Assembly: GCF_902652985.1 (NCBI RefSeq)
Contig: NW_022982794.1
Span: 1 to 64,000, forward strand
Source of the DNA: Pecten maximus
Taxonomy: Eukaryota
Length of the DNA stretch: 64,000 bases
Direction of reading: 5' to 3'
The position numbers were made by a program, and so were the translations under genes. Below, piece after piece: positions 22,601 to 32,410 of this stretch. The notes under the pieces were generated by a model, which saw only the letters and a program-made list of their open reading frames with translations, was not told where the DNA came from and ran no database searches. The first letter of the stretch is position 1, and every line of letters starts with the position of its first letter.

Positions 22601-23927
22601 TGTGATATGTTTTCCGTACTATACCTACAGCATTTCACACAATATCGCAAACTAAGTACATAGTGATAAGAATTATAAATGACGTGAAGTTATATAATAT
22701 CAATAACCTTTACATAATTATTTTTCGGTAGGGGAATGCTAAATATTATCCTTTCTTTATTAGGCGTTTTCGGGTTCGTCATTACATTTCAGTGAGTATT
22801 AATATTATCTTATTAGTTTACTTATTTTCTATTTATTTCTGCAGATGAGTTGAAGATGTAAACGACAGACAAGTGCTATTCGTATTGTAATTAAGACCCC
22901 TGTCGGATTGATAGGGTATGTACATTGTATTTTGTTAATGTACGTTTCGTAAATTAAACATGATGTATGTTAACCAAGATTATAGATAGTGTAATTCAAC
23001 ATTAACAGAATGATACAATGTATATACAATGTACATATATATAACTTAGCAACACAAATGACGAAGGAAGACAAGTTTTTGACTCATGCCTTGACCGGGC
23101 CGCGAACTCACGATCTACGGCACCCAATCGCCTAGCCAGAAATACCCGCAGCTTATACCGCTGCGCCACATCGGCGTTCTTAAAAAAGAACGTTTCAATG
23201 GTGCAGTGATGGTCGGCCCGATACCCTGACATGATTATTGTCGATGTCGTCTATAAGATGATATGAATACCTGGATCGCAATGTATTTACATATATACGT
23301 GTTGGTGATCCGTAGATATAGATTTGAATTTCCGAGGGAAGTACAATGTACATATATATATATATATTATCCAGTCGTGATGTTAATTTGTCAAAGTTAT
23401 TTGGAATTTGTATTTGATAAAGTATATATCTCATGAAGTGTACATGCATATCACAGACTAGTTTCTAGTTTTCATCATACTTGTCCTAATATTTTGTATT
23501 TCTGTTATTGTAGGGATTTCTTTATGCTTTAATGCTTTAATGGAATATCAGTATCGCTGTAATAAATCAATATAGAGCTGACCCGGCTACATCTGTGTTA
23601 TCTACATATTTTTTTGTGGGCATATGAAAATACACTAATGAAGTTTTCTGTCTCTGAAGAATTAAATGTTTATGTTTGATAGTATGTCATGGTATTGGAC
23701 AAAGATTATAATAAATCATACTGCCATCAAGTGATCATGAAATAGCGGTAGATACCTGTAAAGCGACACCAGAGCCATCCAAATATTATAACAGCCACCG
23801 TACAAACACCTAAAGCCCATCCATTGCTTGTTAGGTCTGGTAACGAAGATCCATTCTCAGAGTCAGACAGCACCATTTGTACTCCATATGTGATCAACAC
23901 CAAGGACACAAGGAAAATTGCCTTCAT
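8095..23927 (-). CDS. Spliced gene: signal peptide/TM - Ig - DZIP3-type HEPN - coiled coil - STAND (nSTAND3-like) NTPase - ankyrin repeat protein, ~1251 aa
   Basis: join(23927-23756, 21281-20982, 20536-19928, 17696-17643, 16284-16201, 10631-8095) = 172+300+609+54+84+2537 = 3756 nt. It is a single open frame and every junction is GT-AG, phase 1. Exon joining is a prediction without transcript data. Confidence 0.78.
8340..8787 (-). repeat. Coding 102-bp (34-aa) near-identical ankyrin repeat array, 4 full units plus 1 partial
   Basis: Units start at 8787, 8685, 8583, 8481 and 8379, with a near-invariant RELSL(E/Y)LCKLYPAL core. Confidence 0.95.
10834..13590. repeat. ~83-bp diverged tandem repeat split by the 11031-13435 insertion
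   Basis: a(g/a)ccagtc...gcagtcacaa...ctaa units at ~10835, 10917 and 11001, resuming at ~13440-13590. Confidence 0.75.
11031..13435. mobile_element. Non-autonomous TIR DNA transposon (foldback-like, superfamily unassigned)
   Basis: Left end ccggtgtagtatggtattttga; the right end reverse-complements to caggtgtagcatggtattttga. It has many internal ggtaaagtgacccc / ggggtcactttacc motifs and poly-G/C runs, and no transposase ORF. Confidence 0.85.
14527..14556 (-). CDS. Candidate 30-nt phase 1-1 micro-exon (G)RNPKLRAVI of the same gene
   Basis: ccttgtgttttacag|GAAGGAATCCTAAGTTGAGAGCTGTGATAG|gtgagt. It is frame-preserving and stop-free in the gene's phase. Confidence 0.45.
15207..15845 (+). mobile_element. 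HINE-like element related to the 156-bp array family
   Basis: Starts acaagaggcc...cactcacctg, contains caccatttatgcaaaatctgttccccttcccc (reverse complement of the 1-2540 unit), and ends ...ggtgagctaaaaa. Confidence 0.7.
16201..16284 (-). CDS. 84-nt exon, coiled-coil linker (GTVAAVNEDVNAVKEDVSAMKQSSSTNG)
   Basis: cttatttttaag|GC...GGAG|gtatga; phase 1-1; heptad pattern V-AAV-NEDV-NAV-KEDV. Confidence 0.85.
16298..17650. repeat. 69-72 bp tandem repeat (~19 copies) filling intron 16285-17642; each unit carries a copy of the exon end and 5' splice site
   Basis: Unit catcctacatatcatacctcttaggttatctatgtctgttgtcacacgtgtacaatcattttatgttagaa. On the minus strand it contains CTAAGAG|GTATGA, identical to the true junction at 17643/17642. 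Confidence 0.95.
17643..17696 (-). CDS. 54-nt exon, coiled-coil linker (GEIGDIKDQITKDREKLR)
   Basis: gttcttttttag|GG...AGAG|gtatga; phase 1-1; open frame. Confidence 0.85.
19137..19628 (+). mobile_element. Diverged HINE-like element
   Basis: Starts aacaaaaggcccaatggacc, has ~3 internal repeats (caaggtcattcatttgaacaaacttggt...), and ends ggtcacttgtccttcaggcaggtgaactaaaaa. Confidence 0.65.
19928..20536 (-). CDS. 609-nt exon encoding a DZIP3-type HEPN domain
   Basis: catttttcag|CA...GAAG|gtaagc. Motifs STKETTNYARICRLVVDV, DFDIPLLYILLRNL, PHRKGWG and NIERLRIQRNEAYGH (R-x5-H at 20138-20118). Confidence 0.92.
20982..21281 (-). CDS. 300-nt exon encoding an immunoglobulin (I-set-like) domain
   Basis: ctttaaattttcag|AT...GAAG|gtaaca. 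Sequence EPTVEI..VKVGQQAELRCSV...VTW...HLIINKTVKSDEGEYVCTVSS carries the canonical C, W and DxGxYxC. Confidence 0.93.
23756..23927 (-). CDS. Probable first coding exon: signal peptide, ~14-aa stub and transmembrane helix
   Basis: Acceptor cattacag| precedes 23935 and the ATG is at 23927. Translation MKAIFLVSLVLITYGVQMVLS-DSENGSSLPDLTSN-GWALGVCTVAVIIFGWLWC-RFT, ending ACAG|gtatct in phase 1 compatible with the Ig exon. Confidence 0.7.
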
Positions 23928-24102
23928 TGTGACTCCTGTAATGATTAACAAGTCATGCACAATATCAACACCATGGCTACAGGGTAAAATGTCTTCATTT
24001 TGACTTCTGATATTATAAACAGGTCATGCACATTAGCCAAACCAAGGCTGCGAAGAAAATTGTCTTCACTGTGACTCCTGTAATGATAAACAAGCCATAC
24101 AC
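23890..24102. repeat. Three diverged 71-bp tandem copies of the acceptor plus start-codon region
   Basis: gactcctgta at 23931, gacttctga at 24002, gactcctgta at 24073. Confidence 0.8.
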
Positions 24103-24349
24103 ACTACCAAGAGACCAAATGGGCCTGTATCGTTCACACGCTTGAATACGGTCAGTCGTCCATATTAAGTAGCAATGTTTATGGAAAACTTGACTGATGC
24201 TGTGCCATAACCTCACCAGCCCTCCTGACCATATGAGCCAAACAATCTGACAATCAAGTCTGAGGTGGCAGAAAATGGGGGTTCAAAAGAAAATGTAAAT
24301 ATTTCATAGTTTCATAACTCGGAACATATACATGTACCACAAATTTTAA

Positions 24350-27300
24350 ACATCTAAGGGCTGTGGACCTTAGAGTGGTAGGGGTTATGGAGGGGGTCCA
24401 AGGTACAGTGTATGTAGTGTGATGGGACACTAGAGTGGTAAGAGTTTGGAGGGATGGAACGGACCCTACAAAGTTAAGGTATCGAAGGGAGAAGACCTAG
24501 TGTGGTAAAGGGTATGGGGGAAAGCAGGGACCCTAGAATGAGAGGTGTATGGAGAAGGGGGCCCTAGAGTTGTAGTGTGTATGGAGGAGGGGGCCCTAGA
24601 GTGGTAGGTTTATGGAGAAGGGGGCCCTAGGGTGATAGGCGTATGAAGAAGTGGGTCCTAGAGTGATAGATGTATGGTGGAAAAAGGGGCCCTAGAGTTG
24701 TAGGTGTATGGAGGAGGAGACCCTAGAGTATAAGAGGAATGGAAGGGAAGGGGACTTCAGAGTGATGGGGTGCGTGGAGGTGGAGGGGAACATAACGCAG
24801 AAGTGAGTATAATGGTTGGGGGACCCTACAATAGTGGTGTTATAGAGGGGAGGTATGGGACCAAGAGTGGTAGATTGTGTGGAAGCATTTGGGAACTAGG
24901 GTGTTAGGAAGTAGTGAGGGGAGGGGATTCTGGACTGGTAGGGGTATAGAGGGGAGGGGACCTTAGAGTGGTATGTTATGTGGAGGCAGTGGGGAAACTA
25001 AGGTGTTAAGAAGGACGGCGGAAGAGGGGACCCTAGACTGGTAAGCGTATTGAGGGGAGGGGACCTTAGTGTGGTAGGGAGTATGAATGAGAAAGGCCGT
25101 TCAATGTTAGAAGGTATGGAGGGGAGAGAACCCTATAGTGGAAAGGGTATTGAGGGAAGGGGAATAGATCGCAAGTGTATAGAGGGAGATGGCGTAGAGT
25201 GCTAGTAATATGGAGGGAGAAGGGACCCTGGAATGGTAGGGGTATAGATGGGAAGGGCCCTTTACTGTTAAAAGGTATGGAGGGTAAATACCATAAGGAG
25301 GTTAGGAGACCATAGAGTGGTAGGGGGTATTGCAGGGATGGGGCCATAAAATGTTAAAGGATATTGGGGAAGAGAACCGTAGGGTGGAAAGGGGTATGGA
25401 AGGCGATGGAATCATAGTAGTAGATGCATGGCGGTGGAGGGGACCTTAGAATGGTATGATAATGGGGTATTGAGGGGAGGGGAAATTGAGGGCCATTGCG
25501 TGGTAGGGGTTACGGAGTAACAGGGGAACCTAGAGTGGTATGGAGGGGGACAAAGAGTGGTATTGGTATGGAGGGAAACATAGAATGGTACTGGTATGGA
25601 CGGAACCTAGAGTGGTACTGGTATGGAGGGGAACCTCGAGTGGTACTGATATGAAGAACCTAGAGTGGTACTGGTAAGGAGGGGAACCTCGAGTGGTACT
25701 GGAAGGGAGTGGAGAGGACCATAGTGTGGTAGGGTGTATAGAAGGGACACAGTGGAAAGGGGAAGGTCTTTGATTGAGTCGAATTATAGAGAGAGAGATG
25801 ACCTGATTATTGGAGGAGGCAAGAGAGGAAGAGGGTACTACAGAGGGAGATCCTGGAGTCTATCTTACCTTATACATTTACGAAATAGTCACTCTCCATT
25901 AATTTGATTTCTATTCTTTTTCCTTTTTAGAAATATAGTCGTAAATTAACATCACCGGTATACCGAGATATCTAAAAGCATGATCACAGCTCAATTGTAA
26001 ACATTTTGAAGCCAGGTACTTAAACGTTAAGGACAGACAGACTGAAGGACAGGCGAACATATGTAAAGATGCGGGCTTAAACAGTTTACTGCTGTAAGTC
26101 AAGTGTATTGAATATGAACAACCCTAGAGGAGAAAAAGGCCAGGGATGATGAGGGGACCAAGAGATGAAGGGGGTACTTTTGGAAGGATCTCTGGAGATG
26201 AAGAGGGCCTGTGAGGGAAGGGGTCAAGAAGAGGGAGAGAGAAACTGGTTAGGAGGGATTCTGGAGATGGCGTTTGAGATGGACGAGATGATCAGGAGAT
26301 GAGGACGGTACATTTTGAAGAGACCTTACTGACGGAGAAGCCCTATACACTTTGACACTCACGTCAGCTTTATTAACTCTGATAACTACATGTAACTGAT
26401 ATCTTACTATGATGAACAATAATTTCCCTTTAAAAAACAAACTCAACGATTGCAATTCAAATTGATACAAAAGGTTCAATGCTCAACACGAATGATTAAA
26501 CACGAAATATTACAATTGACTCTAGGCATTTAAATTGACCTTCGGAGATTTCCACTGATAAAAGTTACGTAATGTTATATACGAAAAAGGGAACCTAGAG
26601 TGATTAGTAGAGATAGTGGGGGTACTTATAGCGGTATGAATATTGAGGGAAAGGGTGTTGGAGGAAACCCTAGATGTATACTGGGTATGGATGTTCAGGG
26701 GACCGTATAGTGATAGGGGTATGAAGGAAAGGAGATCCTGAGTGGTAGAGGGTATGGAGGGTAGGGGACCTTAGGATGGTAGAGGGATCCTAGAGTTGTA
26801 ATGGGTATAGAGCGAATTGGACCTTAGAGACGTACAGCGTAGAGTGGTAGATGTATATATAAGGAGGGATCCCAAGAGTGGTAGGGTATTACGGAGTGAA
26901 ACAGTAACCTAGAGTAGTATTAGTAGATAAAAGTCGGGACTACAAAGTGGTAGGTTGTGTAGAAGGGACATACTGGAAAGGGGAAGGCCTTTATTTGAGA
27001 TAATCACAGAGAGGCAGATGAGAAGGAGAAGCCTGGAAAGGAAGAGGGTACTTGATTCGGAGGACTCGTGATGAGAGAATCGGGAGTTGAAGAAGGTACT
27101 AGATAAGAAGTGCCCTGCAGAGGGAGAGCCTGGAGTTGACTTAACCTTCTGTATTTATAAAAAATGATCACTCCCCATTAATGGTATTTCAAAATAAATG
27201 CATCTGATTTCAACTCAGGAATTAACATCACAAATACACCCAGATTTGAAAAATCAGGATCACAGTTCAATTGTAAGCTGACCAGGAGAGGAAGAGGGTA

Positions 27301-30300
27301 CTTTTAAACGGGATTTGAGGAGAGGATCCACAGGAGGGAGAGGGAATCTGTTTGGGAGGGACCATGGAGATGAGTGGCACAGGGCGTTTGAGGTGAATGA
27401 GGGGACCAGGAGCGGAGGACGGTACATTTAAAGTTAACTTTTACTGGGGAGAAATCCTTGACAATTGTTATATGACTTGTCCTCCTTGCTTTAAAGCTGC
27501 ATACCAGCTTGTAACACACTACTACGCTCACATCAGCTTGATTTACTCTGATAATTATATTTGGCATATTACTAAAGGGAGCCCTTTAGTGGTAGGGGGT
27601 ATTGATGGGAGAGGACTTGAGGGGTAGAAGTATCGAGGAGACGGGGCCCTAGAGTGAACTTTACTGGGGAGAAATCCTTGACAATTTGACACGTCACATT
27701 GTTATATGACTTGTCCTCCTTGCTTTAAAGCTGCATACCAGCTTGTAACACACTACTACACTCACTTCAGCTTGATTTACTCTGATAATTATATGTGACA
27801 GGGCATATTAGTAAAGGGAGCCCTTTAGTGGTAGGGGGTATTGATGGGAGAGGACTTGAGGGGTAGAAGTATCGAGGAGACGGGGCCCTAGAGTGGTAGG
27901 AATATAGAGGGGACCCAAGGGTGGAAGTGAGAATGAAGGAAAACGGGGTATTGACGGGGAGATGTCTCTGAAGGGATAATGGGGGAATTCTAGAGTAGAA
28001 GATGTGTGGAGGGGGAGGGAGACCCTACAGACGTACTTGTTATGGTTGGTCAGGGGACTGTAGAGTGGTAGGAGGTATGGAGGATGAGGGCCCAAAAGTG
28101 GTAAGGGATATTAAAGGGGAGGGGATCCTCGAATGGTAGGAGTAATAGAGGGAGAATTATTGTCTTATACACAGGTAGCATTGAATTCAGTCAGTGAATC
28201 TATAAGACAGTTGACCCATAGTGATCCTTACTCAGGTAGCCGTAGCTATATCATCAAACATGTCTGTGTTTTAGGGTGTAAACACTGGCGTTATGCAGAC
28301 ATGGTGGACTTTCCAGTTACATACAATCTCAAAACAACCAATGGTTATTTGTTAAATATTCACATGACGCATCATGTGTCTTAATGACACAGAACTTTGA
28401 TATATGCATTGCATTTCAGTACTTGGAACTCGATATAATATGGTAATCACATGATATCAAGCATACAGAATACGTTAACATTGATTGGGCAACACAAAAG
28501 ATTTAATTTGAAAAAAAATTAATAGGCATTGGACGTCTTCCACTGATTACAAACAAGATATATTGATGTACATTTAAAGGATCTGTAGAGTGCTAGGGCC
28601 CCTGGGTATGGACGGAAGGGGGCCCTTGAGTGGTAGGGGTATTGAAGAGGGGACCATAAACAGGTAAGTGTATGGAAGGGGTGGGCCCCATAGAGTGGTA
28701 GATTGTGTGTAGAGAGAGGGGAAAGTAGGGTGAAAGGGAAACAGATTACTGGGGACCCTCGAGTGACTGGGGTATGGAAAGGTATGGGACTAGAGTTGTA
28801 GGGGGAATACATGTTTCCCTAGAGTTGTAGGGGGAATAAAGGACACATTAAATGTTAGGGGCATGGAAAGGACACACTAGACCGGTAGGGAATATGGAAA
28901 GACAAGGGACTGGAGTTGTAATGAGAATAAATGGCACCCTTAAGTTGTAGAGGGTAGTAAGATGGAGGAGACTAGAGTTGTAAAAGAATAGGGGGAATAA
29001 AGGGCATCCTAGAGTATTAGGGAGGATCAAATGTAGGGGACTAGCGTTATAGGGGGAATAAAGGTTACACTAGAGTGGTAGGGTTATGAAAAGGGAGGGG
29101 ACTAAAACTGTAATGGGAATAAAAGGCTTCCTAGAGTGGTTGAGAGTATGAAAACGGAGGAGAGGAGTAGAAGTATGCAAGGTTGTTATTTTTAATACAA
29201 TTGGTGTGCTACTGGACAATAGCCTGAACCTTTACCAACTGGTTATTGCAAAGAAGTTATTAAAAGATTTAATCACATCTGATCCATGTGACCTTGAAAG
29301 TAGGTCAAAGAAATTCATATTAACAAACTTGGTAGCACTTCATTCCAGCATCCTACTAGACACATTTCATCAACCTGATTTGTTGGGTTATTGCGAAGAA
29401 TTTATACAAATGATATGCATAACAAATTATATCTATGTTAAAGTATGTCAAGGTCAAGGTCAAATAGGTCAATGGGTTATATGTATTGAGTCTTTTTCAC
29501 CTGAATTAACTTTTTATCTTTTCTGGAATCTGAAAGGTAAATTATATTTAGGTGAAAGTGTTGACTCTAATATAACCATAATGAGAGTGTTTTACCATTA
29601 CTTCTGATTATCCAGGTGAAAAATACAGGCTCTGTGGGCCTCTTTAAATTACTTACCGGTTCATTTGTTATAGTAATTATATGATACTTACCTCTAAAAT
29701 ATGTTGATTTTGTATATGAATTCTTCATACACTGGTGGTCGAGTATAAGTGATGATTCTAAAAGCAAGAACTCTTAATTTTCTTTATACACAGGTAAAAT
29801 CGAATTCAGTCAGTGATTCTATAAACCAGAGTTTTTTTTTATCTTTATACACAGGTAGAATTGCATTCAGTCAGTGATTCTATATGAAGTGGACAAATAG
29901 CGATCCTTACACAGGTGGCCGTAAGTATATCATCCAACATGTATGTGTTTAAGGGTGTAAACACTGGTTTTATGGAGACATGGTGGACTTTCCAGTGACG
30001 TACAACCTCAAAACAACCAATGGTTATTTGTTAAATATCCACATGACGCATCATGTGTCTTAATGACACAGAACATTGATATGTGCATTGCATTTCAGTA
30101 CTTGGAACTCTATGTAATACAATACTGCACTCATGTCAGCACGATATAATATGGCAATCATATGACCTCAGACATACAAAGTAAAATAACATTGACTGGG
30201 CCACACAAAAGATTTAAATTGAAAAATATTTAAATGGGCGTTGGACGACTTCCAGAGATTACAAACCAGATATATTGAAGTACATTTAAATGATCTGTAG

Positions 30301-31600
30301 ATTGGTAGGGCCCCCGGGTATGGACGGAAGGGGACCATTGAGTGGTAGGGGTATTGAAGAGGGGACTTTAAACAGATAGTGGTATGGAAGGGGTGGGGCC
30401 ATAGGATGGTAGAGGGTATGTAGGGAGAGGGCACAATAAGGACGGGGACCCATGAGTGTCAGGGGGATGAAAAGGGGAGGGGGAGATTGGGGAGGATAGG
30501 GATCAGAGTTGGTGGGGAAACACCATAGAAAGGTAGGGGTATGGAAAGGGAGTGGACTAGAGTTGTAGGGGAATAAAGGACACCAAAGAGTGGTAAGGGG
30601 TACGGAAATTAAGGAAACTCTAGAGTGGTAAGGAGTATAGAATTAAACGGAACCTATAGTGTTAGGGGAGAACGGACTTGATCAAAGAGTGGTAGGGGAT
30701 GTAAAAGGCAACCCAGTCTGGTAGGGGGTGTAGAAAGGGAAAAGTTCCTTGATTGATGGTGATATGGTGGGGACCCTCTAGTGGTTAGAGGTATGGACGG
30801 GAACCTAATACCGTAGGGAATAAAGTGGTGAGAGGACCCTAAATTAGAAGAGTGTAGTGGCTGTTAAAAATCTGTGATGAGAAAGGTGTTTGACTGTAAG
30901 AGTTCATTCAGACCTCAGGCAGGAAAAGGGGCCAGGAACGGAAGACACTACTTGTTTAGAAGGACTCTGGAGAAAAAAATGGTATTTTATTGTGAAAGAG
31001 GAAGAAGGCATTGAAGGTGAATCCTAAAAAGCGAGGAGATATCTGAAGGGGACCGTGGAGAGAAATACTCATGGATAGGTAGGAAAGGGGTATAAAGTAG
31101 GACCGTTTGAAGGTAGAGAGCAGACAAGGGGAGACGGGGTCAGCAGAGAACGAGACTTCTTGATGAAGGGTGAACAAGGAGAGTGAGTCGAAGAGTAAGT
31201 AAAGGACCAGGAGAGGAAGAGGGTAATTCATTGGAAAGGGACCTGGAGATGGAGAACAAATAGAAAGAGATATTATCAAAAACCTAAGAGGGGAAAAGGC
31301 ATGGGACATAGGACATGTAGGTGACCTTGACAGCAAGATCGAACTTTTGGAAGGGACCCTGAAGATGGAGAGGGTCCTGGGTAGATGTTCAGGACAGGGT
31401 GCCAATAGAAGGGGACGGGATACATTTATAATTTAGGGCCAAGACCCTTTAAATGTACACAAGGTCATGAAAATGCCAGACAAGTATAAATGGAACCTTA
31501 CAGGAGAAGGGAGACCATAACATTAAGTGGGAAGGGACCTTGAAACCTGGGAAGTTTAGGGACATTAAATGAGACTTTAATATTATAGACAAATAAGGAT
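24350..31600. repeat. Patchwork of degenerate purine-rich minisatellite (core cctagagtggtaggggtatggagggg, roughly 30-40 bp period) with interspersed unique blocks
   Basis: The top strand is strongly G/A-biased, with many imperfect ctagagt(g/t)gta motifs at 24350-25860, 26600-27130, 27570-28150, 28590-29170 and 30290-31600. Confidence 0.85.
27437..27894. repeat. Recent ~220-240 bp tandem duplication
   Basis: acttttactggggagaaatccttgacaat...gacggggccctagagtg occurs at ~27437-27656 and again at ~27657-27894. Confidence 0.9.
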
Positions 31601-32055
31601 CGTCTTATGTTATTGGTGATTGTCATATAAAACATTTCCATGTCTTAAAAGTGTACAGACAAGACATTTAAATCGGCCTTTTGATATCAGAGATAAGTTG
31701 ATGCATGAATAGCACAAGACATGCTATTAGCAATACATTTAACACATTGATAAAATTACCATGAATCACCAGAGACTTGGACCACTTAGTTACTTTCTAT
31801 GGGAGTTCATGAATGATGTTAATATTGGCATACAGAAAGTATATAAAACATTTTTGGAGTGATGAGTTGTCTGATAGGGAATATCTTGCCTAACACAAAA
31901 GCAAACAGAAAAAATGTGTTAAACACAACTTCATACTTTGTATAGAATACAAATAATCCTTAGTTAACATTAATTATTTCATTTATACATATATAGCTAA
32001 ATGAAAAATGCTGTCGAATTCCACATACTAACAAATGTATATTACTATGATATAT

Positions 32056-32410
32056 TCGGTAACTACCCTAGTGGGTAACTACCCCAGTCGGTAACTACCC
32101 TAGTGGGTAACTACCCTAGTCGGTAACTACCCTAGTCGGTAAATACCCTAATCGGTAACTACCCTAGTCGGTAACTACCCTAGTCGGTAAATACCCTAGT
32201 CGGAGACTACCCTAGTCGATGTTTACCTAACTGTAACTCACTAGACGATGACTACCCTAGTCGGTAACTACCCTAGTCGGTAACTACCCTAGTCGGTAAC
32301 TACATAGGTATAACACACTGATCGGTGACCGTGATCTCCCTAGTAGGCGACTTCCCTAGTCGATGACTACCTAACTGTGACACACTGATCGGTGACTACC
32401 GTAGACGGCG
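32056..32410. repeat. 16-bp minisatellite (ggtaactaccctagtc)n
   Basis: Direct tandem copies, decaying to the right. Confidence 0.95.

Noticed and set aside
23002-23449. CpG-richer stretch with short minus-strand ORFs inside the first intron
   Set aside because: No recognisable domain or convincing splice pair; cannot be supported as an exon or promoter.
25066-31405. Pro/Leu/Ser-rich minus-strand ORFs (also 56297-56794)
   Set aside because: Compositional by-products of the purine-rich repeat; frames are not conserved between paralogous copies.
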